DNA of 63,164 nt, the filler included, from Kipferlia bialata (Eukaryota), in assembly GCA_003568945.1 (NCBI GenBank). It is 5 parts of 5 records of this genome, joined end to end, with 100 filler letters (N's around TTAATTAATTAA, not from the genome) between each part and the next. Parts side by side here need not be neighbours in the genome. Positions count along the whole stretch, not along the records: positions 18,558 to 36,957 come from BDIP01000477.1; positions 37,058 to 46,569 come from BDIP01000478.1; positions 46,670 to 58,159 come from BDIP01000480.1; 2 more parts are not named here. The stretch is one strand, 5' to 3'. A program made the translations under genes and the position numbers. The notes beneath the pieces are model-generated. The model saw only the letters and a program-made list of their open reading frames with translations. It had not been told where the DNA came from and made no database searches. This document shows positions 36,311 to 48,857 of the stretch, piece after piece; position 1 is the stretch's first letter; every line of letters begins with the position of its first letter.

Positions 36311-36612
36311 TATTACTACTGCAGGCAAATAGAACCATCCGACTGTCATTATACTAATGTCATGTTGTGACAGTATCCGACTTACTGTGTATCGGATCCC
36401 ATCCACAGTGTGGATTCCAGCATATTTGCCTGAACCCTTTTTCTGAGTGCACTGCCTCCAAAAATGAAGTTGAGGAAAGGGTTTTGGCCTGTGACTTGAT
36501 CGTGCCAGTCAACCTCTCAAGTACAAACCCAAGAGAGTGTGTGCGCTGACCTTGACCCTTCTGGGACCCCGATATTCTATCCCCCGGTCATAGACCGTCT
36601 GGGAGATAGGCG

Positions 36613-36836
36613 ATGCCGGGCGACACGTCGGTCATCATCAAGAGCTGTCTGAGTCTGTTTGGGGCCACCCTGAAGCTGGCCAAGGCATGTCCCAGCCACA
36701 TTGCCATATTCAAGCGCGGCATTGAGTCTCTGAAGGAGCACAAGCCCACACAGTTCAGCGTCAGCCCCGAGCTGACAGACCCCAGTGCTGTCCTCAGCCC
36801 CATCCTCGTCTGTCTGCTCCACCTGCGCTATCAGAA
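36613..36836 (+). CDS. First exon of a hypothetical helical protein (weak resemblance to the N-terminal DCB region of Sec7/BIG Arf-GEFs), truncated by contig end
   Basis: MPGDTSVIIKSCLSLF...FKRGIESLKE...AVLSPILVCLLHLRYQK with coding-like codon use, then AA|GTGAGT donor. The family call is a weak guess. Confidence 0.4.
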
Positions 36837-36909
36837 GTGAGTGGATAGTGTGTAATGTATTACAGGATTAGCCGCAATTATACGTATCTACTTTCCCCCT
36901 GCATGTCAG

Positions 36910-36957
<48 letters not shown>

Positions 36958-37057
36958 NNNNNNNNNNNNNNNNNNNNNNNNNNNNNNNNNNNNNNNNNNN
37001 NTTAATTAATTAANNNNNNNNNNNNNNNNNNNNNNNNNNNNNNNNNNNNNNNNNNNN
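36958..37057. other. Artificial contig-joining linker
   Basis: N-run/TTAATTAATTAA/N-run, 100 nt. Confidence 0.97.
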
Positions 37058-37491
37058 AACTTCTCGTTCCTGTCTTCTCTTGCTCTCCCCCCCCCCCACC
37101 CCCAACAGTCCCTCCCTCCCTCGTATCTCTCTCTTAGTACCCTTGCAGGCAATATCTATACACCCAAAGTACATTCCTCTCACTGCACAGGAATGCATAG
37201 AAGTGCTGTCTACAATTATTCTTTTGGCTGTTGCTGTACAATTCCCCCCCCCCCCTTCCCCCTACCTACTACGTTGATGTACAGTGACTCTGTGTATGAA
37301 AGTCTGGTATTGGTGCAGATGTTCCTACACTACTATGATGTTTGACCCCAGGTCGATGTGGACTGCAGTGTCATTGACCGTAAATGAATAAATATATATA
37401 TATATGATAACATTATTTGATAACTATTCAATGCATCTATGAAGTTCATTCAATGCTCTTATTGTATACTATACACACCTCCCCCACCCAG

Positions 37492-40400
37492 GTCGATGTG
37501 GACTACAGTGACTCTGAGTCATCTGAGGAGCCACAGTATGCAGGACCCCCAGGTATGTATATATGTATACTCATAGCATTATATACAATACTACATTATG
37601 CTATACACCATCCTCACCCTGCCAGGCATGGGAGACACCCCCTTCCCCCCTGACATGCCACCCCAGCTGGCAGGTATGGCATAGATAGAGATATAAAGAG
37701 AGGTGTGGTACAGCCGCACTATACAGCCGCACTATTCATGATATGGCTCTCTTACAGCCATGCTGATGTCCATTATGCAGGGTGTACATAAATGGTAGTA
37801 TACATGCTGTGTATATATAGATTATGTATATATATGTATTCCCCTCTCTCTTACCCTCCAGCCATGATGCTGTCCATGATGCAGGGCGGGGAGGGGGCAG
37901 AAAACATGCCCCCACAGGTCAGAGAGGGTATGGATGCATGTACTGTATGATATATATGTATATTTATATGTATATGTACACTGTTATACCCCCACAGGTC
38001 AGAGAGGGTATGGATGCATGTACTGTATGATATATACGTATATTTATATGTATATGTACACTGTTATACCCCCACAGGTCAGAGAGGGTGTGGATGCATG
38101 TACTGTATGATATATATGTATATATATATGTATATGTACACTGTCCATGATGGGCCCATACTCATACTGTATATATATATATATGTGTGTGTGTGTGTGA
38201 GTATATATGTATTATATACATACCTCCCCTGACCCCAGCCATCATGTCCATGATGGGCCCATACGCATACTATATACAACATGTATTTACATGTATGCAT
38301 TACTTATATCTATTCTCATACCCAGCCATGCTGTCCATGATGGGCCCTCCCCCAGACACCCCAGACACAATCACAGGGCTGCCCAGGAATGCGGTGGGTA
38401 TTTGCATATATACTTGTACTCTGTATACCCTGTATATATCATATTACCCCGTAGAATGCCGATGGCCATGGTGTCTGACCATTGTATATACATACCTACA
38501 TATATATATATTCATGTATATATATATACCTTTACCTATCCCTCACCCTCTAGAATGTCCCTATGCCCATGGTGTCTGACCCCTCTAGGATGCCGGGGCC
38601 CAATGACCCAATGGGGTGCATGACAACGGGTATGGATAGCTGAAGTATATATGTTGATAGTAATATGGATGGTTCTATGTATAGAGAGGGAGAGGGATAT
38701 GGGACTATGACCCCATGGGATGTATGACCACGGGTATGGAGTGATAGAGTACATGTACATGGATAGGGATACATATATATGTATATACATTGATAGAGTT
38801 GATAGAGAGGGATATGGTGTCTAGTCCTATCACCCCACTGGGATGTATGACAGGTGGGGGTAAATAGAGTGTATATAGATCAAGATATGAAGGTAGTAGA
38901 TGTGTATTAGTGTATAGAGACAGTACTGTGTATGTTGTAAATGAGATGAGATGAGATAGACTGACACTGACATATCAGATGAGAACGGCATACCCAATGG
39001 AGGGTATACAGCACATGGAGGGGGGTCATACGGCACTAGATACCAGGGTGGGTGTATATGGGTATTCTATTGAACACACTCAAAAGATACACATCTGTGT
39101 AGTTATATCTATCATTCCATGGTGGGATGAGGCAAGGGTGAGTGTGTATCCATATATATATATCACCCCCATCCCTTTCCCAGTCTAGGGAGAAGAATTC
39201 ATGTATGTGTATACATTACACATTATACATTATATATATATACATTATATATATACAGATATACAGATATATACATATATACATATATATATATATACAT
39301 TATATATATATACACACATATATACATATACATACCTCACCCCCAGCCCTAGCCCAATCGAGGGAGGAGATGACCCTGGACTACCTAGTCACCCAGATGG
39401 ACTTCTACGTCACCAAGGACGAGTTCGAGGGGTACTGCAGGTAATGATGCATATATATATATATATATATATACAGTATATATGGTGCAGAGACATAGAG
39501 ATGGTTGTTCATATATGTATATGTCACCAAGGACGAGTTCGAGGGGTACTGCAGGTATGGTTCTTGGGGTTGCCAGTAACAATACAGTGTATATATGGTC
39601 TATACTCCATAACCAGTGACCAGTTATCAAGAGTCTACACTCTGTGTCTGATATCGTATGTATGCATGCCTTCACCCCAGGGACCAGATCTACTACGGCA
39701 AGGGCGGGCTCAAGGAGGTATGGTATATATCTATATGTGGGTGTGTATCACACCTGCAATATATTGTGTACTGATTTGATTGTTAATACATAAGTATATT
39801 TTAAGGTCTACCCTCTCGCCCTATACGAATGTATTATGTGTTACACACACCCACCCCCCAGGTCAAGACAAGGTGCTATATCACACCTTCGAGTATACTG
39901 TGAATTCTGTTATTGTATATAGGTGATAGATTATGCCACTCACCCCAGGTCAAGGCCAGGTGCTACGACGACAGGGCATCAACCAAGTTCTGGTACGTGG
40001 CATGCATGAATACAAGTGTATATCCATATCCATATATACATGTTCATATGGCATACATGAATATGTGTTTACATCCATAGGTTATTTCTCTGTTCTATAT
40101 ATGATTCACTATCACGGAAGTCCTGCCATATCAGCTGTGTCACCAGTCAGACGGCACCTGATGAGATTATATACATCTTATGCGCGCCTCTCATTGTAAT
40201 ATTTCATGTATATCTAGATATGGGCGCATTGTATAGCAGTCACTCTGTGTACGTGTTCCTGACCCAATACTGACCCTGACCCCCTTGGTATCTGGAGATA
40301 CATATACCCCATACTGATATATATATACCCCATACTGATACTGACCCCCCAGGTATCTGGAGGAGGCCTTTGAGGAGGAGCTGCAGAAGACATGGGACAA

Positions 40401-42624
40401 GTACGTATGGAATGCGTATATACATATGTATTTGTGTGTGCGTGTGTAATTATATATATATGCAGAGAACATGGAACAAGAGCTCATTTGGTGAAATGTG
40501 CACCATGTATATATAAATATATGAATGTCTGTTGTACGTGTTCACTCTATACTCTATGTATACCCCTCACCCCAGTGCCAAGGCCAAGCACCCTATTTAC
40601 ATACTCTACTGTATATATATGCATATATACATACACATCCATCGTATATGTGTCTCAATATATACCCCTCCCTCACCCCCAGTGTCAAGGCCAAGTACAA
40701 CCCCAAGAGAGAGGCACGCTTCAAGGTATGCTTGGTGGTGTTTAGTAGTGTATATGTACTACTATTATATGTATATATGTATATACCATGCCCCTCACCC
40801 CAGGCCGAGTTGCGGCATGAGATCCTGCGTCTGATAGAGAGACACATCCAGTGGATGAGACAGCTGGACCAGAACATCACTAGGTATACTAGTCATATGA
40901 GAAAATTACTATATGTATACACTAAGTAGACATATATGAACATAGTGGATGAGACAGCTGGACCAGAACATCACCAAGTATGTGGTGTATGCTATGTATG
41001 AGTCTGTTTTTACATGTATGAATGCTCACCCATCATGTGTGCCATACAGACGCTTATGTGCATCTATATATCCACCCGCTCCCAGCGAGGATGCCCTGGG
41101 GTACTGTATCATGTGTATCATGTATATATTTCTATATATACCACATATATACACCAACATACCCACTGTCTAACCCCTTAGTCAGGATGCCCTTGAGTGC
41201 TGTATCATGTATACACTATACCCACCCCCTCTATATATATACTAATAGATACCCACTGTCTAACCCCTTAGTCAGGATGCCCTTGAGTGCTGTGTGGATG
41301 AGATGAAGGAACTGGCAGAGCTGGCATCTGGTCTATGCTCGGTATGCTTAGTGCATGATAGTACATGGACATATATATATATGTATATATATATATGTAC
41401 CTCTATATCTGTGCTAGAGAGCTGCCATCCGGGCTCTGATCTGTGTGTATGCATACATGTATACATCTAGTATCCCTATATGCATACCCTCACCCCCAGG
41501 TCCTAGTTGAGATGAATGGCAAGGTGGACAAGATGGTGCAGAGGCAGTTCAAGGTATGGAGATAGATATACATATAGATACATAAATATATATGTATGTA
41601 TGTATGTGTATATATGCATATATACCATATGTATATAGAGTAGTAGTGGACAAGATGGTGCAGAGGCAGTTCAAGGTATGCAGATAGATTCATATATACA
41701 CACACACACATATATATATACATATAATATACATGTATATATACCATATGTATTCAGTGTGGACAAGATGGTGCAGAGGCAGTTCAAGGTATGTAGATAT
41801 GCATGTGTGTGGTGATGATATAACATCTCTATGGTGATATACCTGTACATCATGTGGCACACATATATATATGATACTGACACTTCATATACACCCTCCT
41901 CACCCTCCAGACCAACCTGGGCATGATCGACACGGCCATGGTGGGCATGATGGGTATGTATATGTATATATACAGTGTATGTATATGTATTGCTGTATAT
42001 GTATATATATATGTGTGTGTATACACAGTCATGGGTGAGTGGGTGTTTCTATATAGATGTATATATAGATATAGATAGATATATATACATATATACAGCC
42101 ATGGTGGGCATGATGGGTGGGTGGGTGTGTATGTATAGTGGATATATGTATGTGTATATGTGGTCATGATAGAATGAAGATAGACTCATTCAGCTGTGTG
42201 TGAATTCAACGTTCCCATGTATCCGGACCCACCCTGGTATATATACTTGTGTGTGTGTCTGTGTGTGTCTATGTACTCACCCCAGGTGACATTGACGCCA
42301 TTCTGACCAATGTCATAAGTATGTATTTATATATATATATATATATAATAATATACATGTATGTATACACTGCCTCTGACCCCAGGTGGCATTGACGCCA
42401 TTCTGACCAAGCAGCAGAATGCACAGAGTAAGAAACAGGGCAAGATGGTCAAGGTATATATGTGTGTGTATTTCTACATGTATAAGTATGTGCGTGTATA
42501 TATGTACATGAATATATATATATATATACATGTATTATGTACATTAGTATAACACTACAGTGTATACCCACCCCAGGTGAAGAAGGTCAAGGGCAAGGGC
42601 AAGGGGAGGAACAGACGGAGGTAG
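37492..42624 (+). CDS. Hypothetical protein split into many small exons (Met/Pro-rich N-part, helical core, Lys-rich C-terminus)
   Basis: Exons give VDVDYSDSESSEEPQYAGPP...REEMTLDYLVTQMDFYVTKDEFEGYCR...YLEEAFEEELQKTWD...AELRHEILRLIERHIQWMRQLDQNIT...VKKVKGKGKGRNRRR*. Stop TAG at 42622-42624. Confidence 0.65.
37911..38145 (+). repeat. Near-perfect 80-bp tandem repeat (about 3 units) spanning a 5' splice site
   Basis: CCCACAG|GTCAGAGAGGG... begins at 37911, 37991 and 38071. Confidence 0.9.
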
Positions 42625-44105
42625 AACCACAGCTGCCATTAACACTACCTGTCCAGATGTGTATATAGGCACACACACTCATAATGACCATGGCCATATC
42701 ACACGGGAGTGGAGTCTGGGTGTGATACTACACTCTTCTGTATATACGGTCATGGGGCTAACTCCCTCGCACTGGTGACCCTCCCAGTCACCCTTCTAGT
42801 GGTGCTGGACATATCCTAGCTCCCTAAGTGTGTCCCTATTCTCATTGCCTGGCCACACATTCTTCCATACTTTCAACCTGTACATAAATCGTTTCATTTT
42901 AACATGATTTGTATTGCATTCAGGCATACAAGTCACTATTTTTGTGTCTATTCGGACTATATGTATATGAACTAGTGAGAACCTCTTCAACGGTCGGTCC
43001 CCAATCAGTGGGATTGTGTACCAACCATAGTGGTGTATGGACAGCACTACAAAGTATCTATATATGTATTGATCGTGAAGTGTTGAATCGCATCATTGTG
43101 CAACGACTATATATAGATATGTACTAGCAAGAGCACGTGAGAATATCTACGCTATATACCTGTATGTGGCACTACCCACTCTTATTGCCAGGAAGGGGAG
43201 ACCCACACTAACAATGACATGGTGTATGTGACATGATGTATGTGACTAACATACTGTCAGCAAACAGTGATATCTGACCCAGCTCATCCCCTCTCTTCCT
43301 CTTTCACTCTCCTTCCTCTCAGAGAGTCCCCTGGGACTAATGAAATGGCGGATATTGATGGTATATACAGATACCTGATGATGTGTACGTATTGTATATG
43401 AGTCAAAGAGAGAGCACATGCACTGGAGACATGGCTTAAAATGTAACTGGTACAATGATATGGTGGAAAGACACACTGTTGGCAGTTCTCCTAATAGTTA
43501 CAAGAGGGGGGGACCACGTAGATATGTATTGAATCAGTACTACAGTAGTACTGGTAATCAGTAGTACTACTACTGGAAGAGAGCCAATCTCTCTGTCTCT
43601 ATTTGTAGAGACCACCAATGTCCCCCATACTCTTATCACTATTCCCCTATTCAAGAGTTGCACCAGAATCGCAACATGACACATGCTGAAGTAATAATTC
43701 CTGTATCCAACGGAGTCAGAAGCTGAATGATATCCAATGTGGGAATTGAGTCTATATATATGGGTTTGCCTGCATATTTATACTGTTTCATACTTAATGT
43801 CTGACCCTCATCGTCTCTAAACCGGAACGGGGAATGAGAGGGGAATAGGTGGCCAACAGAGCCTTTTCACTAACCTTGAGAGTTTAGGCTAGAATATTGC
43901 CACATAATAGAGGTGTTGTTGCCCAACCTTGGCTTCTAGTATACTTAGTACAGTATCATACTGTATCAGTATCAGTATTATATAGTAACTAAAAGTATGT
44001 AATGTCTATGTAAGCTATCCACCTCCAAATACCGCATATGCGTCCATGTCTTACTCTAAAACACCTTTCTGACGCAAAGAGTCAGGATGTATGTTCTATT
44101 GTCAG

Positions 44106-44439
44106 CTACTTCAAGCCCGTAGGCACCTGGTACCTCCCACTCATAATGGCTTGTGCGAACTCCGCCTCCATCCTCAGTATGACCCTCATCCCGGCCTTCT
44201 TCTTGATAGGTAGGGCAGAGAACTCCTTAGGGTGGGTGGCACACCAGGTGGTCCATGGGCACCTGAGGTAAGACACGAGAAGGCTAAAAATAGAATATCC
44301 AACATGCTACCAGAACTCACAGTCTTGATGTCATGTTCTGCTCTAAGTTAGAGTCTGACTCCTCAACTGGCATTCCCAGTAGTGGAGACTCCTCGCTCAT
44401 GCCGTATCCAACCTCAGGACACACTCTTAAGTCAGCCAT
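44106..44439 (-). CDS. Small two-exon hypothetical protein (91 aa)
   Basis: Exons 44439-44321 and 44262-44106 (GTGAGT...TTACCTCAG intron) join in frame: MADLRVCPEVGYGMSEESPLLG...CPWTTWCATHPKEFSALPIKKKAGMRVILRMEAEFAQAIMSGRYQVPTGLK*. Confidence 0.6.
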
Positions 44440-44961
44440 AGCAAGGTGTAGAAGAGTGGAGAGCATATATATACGATTACCAAAGCAGAGTCAGATTTCT
44501 GTCGGAGATTCGGAGAGTTCACTCAGAATCAACACCTAACAATATCAATTTGACACCATCTGATATCATATCAGACTGATATGCCAGCTCATTAGTAGAT
44601 CTAGTGGTTGTGTTGATTGCCCAGAGGAGAGGACACCGCTGTGGAGTAGAGTGCAGGAAGACATCAACGGATATCTCAGATATCATATCTATCATATCTA
44701 TCATATCTGACTGAAGGGCATGCTGACTCACATTCATTTGAGTCACGTCTCCAACCATGTTTACTTGGTGGCAGACGCTTTCAAATCATTACCTTGCATA
44801 TCACATATACACTGAGTTGTAGGTTACCACCCTTGTGAACATGGTAATTAATGGTCACACACTCTGGTAATGATATATTATACACCCTGTTTATACCCCA
44901 CAATTACAGTCCAGCCCACAATCCCACCCATGTATCCATCTACGGTCTATTGTTCACCCAT

Positions 44962-46545
44962 CTAGCCCACCAGGGTATCAACTACAAAGTCCACGTCCAG
45001 GGGCACTATGTCTGGGTAGGACTGGCCCACACCCACATAGACTATGGGCTTGCCTGGCAGTCAGTGTGACGTATACATTATACTATATATACATATATAT
45101 ATATAAATACATCACACCCACTTGTGTTGTATATATATTATAGTGTACATACACACACATATATATATGAACATACATATACATAGTACACCCACCTGTG
45201 CTGTATATCATGCTGAGTGCAGCCCCTGTCTTGGCACCCACGGTGTCAAACTGGGGTCAGGGAGGGAGGGGTATATATATATAGATACATATACACATAT
45301 GTCTAAACATGTACTCGTATATCAGTGTCACACTGTACCTTGGTGAGTATGATTCCGTCCACCACGTGGTGCTGCAGCTTGGGAGGACAGAAGTCAATGA
45401 GAGCCCTGGGATGAGAAGGATGAGAATGGGGTAGAGACCAGGGGTAGTTAAGTGGTATGTACTACATATTCAGTAACATCTATCTATACCCATATCTATA
45501 CATCTACGCACGCACAGTGTATATATACCCCACCCCACCTGTTGAATGTCTGGAAGCATAGAGAGCACAGGAGTTGATATCTTGGATATCTATATCTATC
45601 ACCATATACACAATCTGTATCATCTGTACCTGTTGAATGTCTGGAGCTGGTCGATGCCGTCATTGCCTACCAGGGCCTCGCCACAGAACAGCACAAGGTC
45701 AGGCTGGTTGGTGGCCACAAGCCTGGGGGTGGGAATATACAAATGCAGGTGCAACATATATCGGTGGATATGTATGATTGATATGCACTATGGGTATACT
45801 ATGGTGGCCACACGCCTGGGTGTGGGTATAACCATATACACACACATGCATGACTTGCGACTCGATGTATACATACTATATCCACCACAGACATATACCT
45901 GGCCAGTGCGTGCAGCTGTGGGGAGTTGGTCTGGAGCCTACCGGCAGTGTCAATGAGCACAACGTCCTAGGGATCAGTATAGTGGTATACAGTATCATAT
46001 TCATATTCATATATACATATCCGACTCCATGCATCCCCACCTGCTTGTTCTGGCTGGCCTTGACAATGGCAGATCTGGCAACCAGAGCGGCATCCTTGCC
46101 ATAGCCTAGGGGTGAGGGGGGGGGGGTACAGGGCCAGTGGTATTGACATCAGACTCTTCCATCAACAAGATGCACATATACACATGAGTGTATATGTAGA
46201 TGCACACTGTTATCCACCCACCCTGCTGGTATAGGTCACACAAAAACCGATATCTATCGATATATATATTCTACTCTATATGTAGGTATACATATCCACC
46301 CACCCTGCTGGTACAGGTCACACTTGAGTCTGTCGCAGTGCTTCTGTAACTGCTCAACGGCACCACTCCTAAGGGGTGAGGGGCATGTACAATTTTACAT
46401 AAATGTAGGAATACATGATATAGTTACACCAATCACTGTGAGCATACCTGAATGTGTCACATGCTGCCACTAGCATACACACCTATATATACCCATCTAT
46501 ATACCCATCTAACTGTACCTGAATGTGTCGCATGCTGCCACCAGG
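44962..46545 (-). CDS. SRPRA: Signal recognition particle receptor alpha subunit, GTPase domain; 5' truncated
   Basis: [78 protein letters not shown]. Stop TAG at 44962-44964. Confidence 0.95.
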
Positions 46546-46569
46546 ACCGACATGTATATATATCTATAC

Positions 46570-46669
46570 NNNNNNNNNNNNNNNNNNNNNNNNNNNNNNN
46601 NNNNNNNNNNNNNTTAATTAATTAANNNNNNNNNNNNNNNNNNNNNNNNNNNNNNNNNNNNNNNNNNNN
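46570..46669. other. Artificial contig-joining linker
   Basis: N-run/TTAATTAATTAA/N-run, 100 nt. Confidence 0.97.
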
Positions 46670-46731
46670 CAGAGAGTGTCATCCTAGACTGGCTGTCACA
46701 CCTTGCCATATCTCTCTCTCTCTCCCTCTAG

Positions 46732-47042
46732 CCCCTTATCTCAGAGAGTGTCATCCTAGACTGGCTGTCACACCTGGCTATGGGTCTGGAGTACATACAC
46801 ACCAGACACATCCTGCACAGGGACTTGAAGTCACAGAACAGTACGTTGTATATACGTATGTCATATGTAGTATATATATAGTATATTATATATATTGAGA
46901 TATATGTATATATATGTATACACATCGGTGACTTTCTCTCTCTCTCTCTCTACTTGCACATCTCTATGTATATACTGGTATGTATAGTCACCCTAACTCC
47001 AGTCTTCCTCACTGCCGACAGAGTGGCCCAGATCGGTGACTA

Positions 47043-47093
<51 letters not shown>

Positions 47094-48715
47094 TCATGCT
47101 TACTCCAGTCTTCCTGACTGCCGATAGAGTGGCCCAGATCGGTGACTTTGGCATTGCTCGCATACTAGGGGGGAAGGTATACATATATAGTATATATAGA
47201 GAGAATAGTACATATAGTATATATAAAATATATGTATGCATATAGGGGGTATAGTCATGTCTATTAGGTCGGTGACTTTGGCATTGCTGGGATACTGGGG
47301 GGGAAGGTATATATATATATACATATATATACTGTCACGTATTTCCGTAGTTGCTACAAGGCTCTCTCTCTCTCTCACTCTCATATCCTAGGCTGATCTG
47401 GCCCAGACCTTTGTGGGCTCCCCCCTGTACATGTCACCTGAACTGCTGCAGTCACAGCCATACGCATACAAGGTATACTAGTGTATTAGTATGTAAATAT
47501 AGACTGTATATACTATTGTGTAGTGTATTAGTATGTACTATTCTATACCATAAGTAAGAGTTACCGTCTCTCTCTATATGGCTCATGAACTGCTGCAGTC
47601 ACAGCCATATGCATACAAGGTGGGTATCTTCGTTATATATCTTATACTGTGTGCATTCTTTGTCTCATTCTCTCTCTCCCTCTACACCCTTATATCAGTC
47701 TGACATCTGGGCCCTGGGGTGTGTCCTCTATGAGATGACCTCTCTCTCTCTCTCTCTCCATATATATATATATATATTAATATATGCATACTGATACCAG
47801 TCTGACATTTGGGCCTTGGGGTGTGTCCTCTATGAGATGACCTCTCTCAACCATGCATTCACAGCACTCAACATGAATGCACTGGTCCTGAAGATCCTAA
47901 GAGGAAGATACCCACCTATTCCAAGGTATTTATATATAGATATCCGCGCATACCTGGGTTCTTATCAGAACCCACCAAATATTTAGTATCTGTGATACTG
48001 TACTCTTGCCCTTTGGTTCTCTGGTCATCTATCTCTCGCTCTCCCTCTCTCTCTCTCTCTCTTACCCTAGGATCTACTCCAAGCCCCTGGCCTCTCTGAT
48101 CAGATCTCTACTGTCACTGGAGCCAGACGACAGACCATCCGCAACACAGGTATATTTGGACATCTCTATATGTATAGGAACCATATATATATTTGTATGT
48201 ATGTCTCTCCTGTCACTGGAGCCAGATGACAGACCATAGGCAACACAGGTATTAATACACTAAAATATGTGATATAGTGTTTAAGACCCGCATATATATG
48301 AGTATATATATATATGTGTGTGTATTGTATTTGCATACATGTATATATCTCCTGTCACTGGAGCCAGATGACAGACCATCGGCCACCCAGGTAGATCAAT
48401 ACTATATATATATATATACTTATAGTACTCAGATATATGTGTATATGAATATATATATCCTATCACTGGAACCAGACGACAGACTATCTGCCACTCAGGT
48501 ATATGTATGTATGTATAGTGTATAGTATAGGTCATTGTATAGGTAAGGTTATGCCCATATGACATATATACCACTAGAGCCAGACTACAGACCATCGGCC
48601 ACTCACGTGTATCTATGAATATGTATCACATATATATGTCTATATATAAGCGTATATATGTATATCCTTCTCTTTTCTTTCTAACCCCATCTATTACCCT
48701 ACCCACTGGTCAGCG

Positions 48716-48748
<33 letters not shown>

Positions 48749-48812
48749 ATGTCTCTCTCTTTCCCACTAATCCTAGCTCCTAGCCCACCCCCTTGTCAGG
48801 GACAGAGTGGCG

Positions 48813-48857
<45 letters not shown>

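Noticed and set aside
37824..42552. Numerous ORF-track entries rich in Y/I/M/C/H
   Set aside because: They are translations of intronic (TA)n/(TG)n microsatellites, and many start at non-ATG codons.
48111..48610. Regularly spaced ~35-nt direct repeats resembling a CRISPR array
   Set aside because: The repeat is kinase coding sequence plus a GT donor, the spacers are TA-rich intron DNA of variable length, no cas genes are present and the context is eukaryotic.
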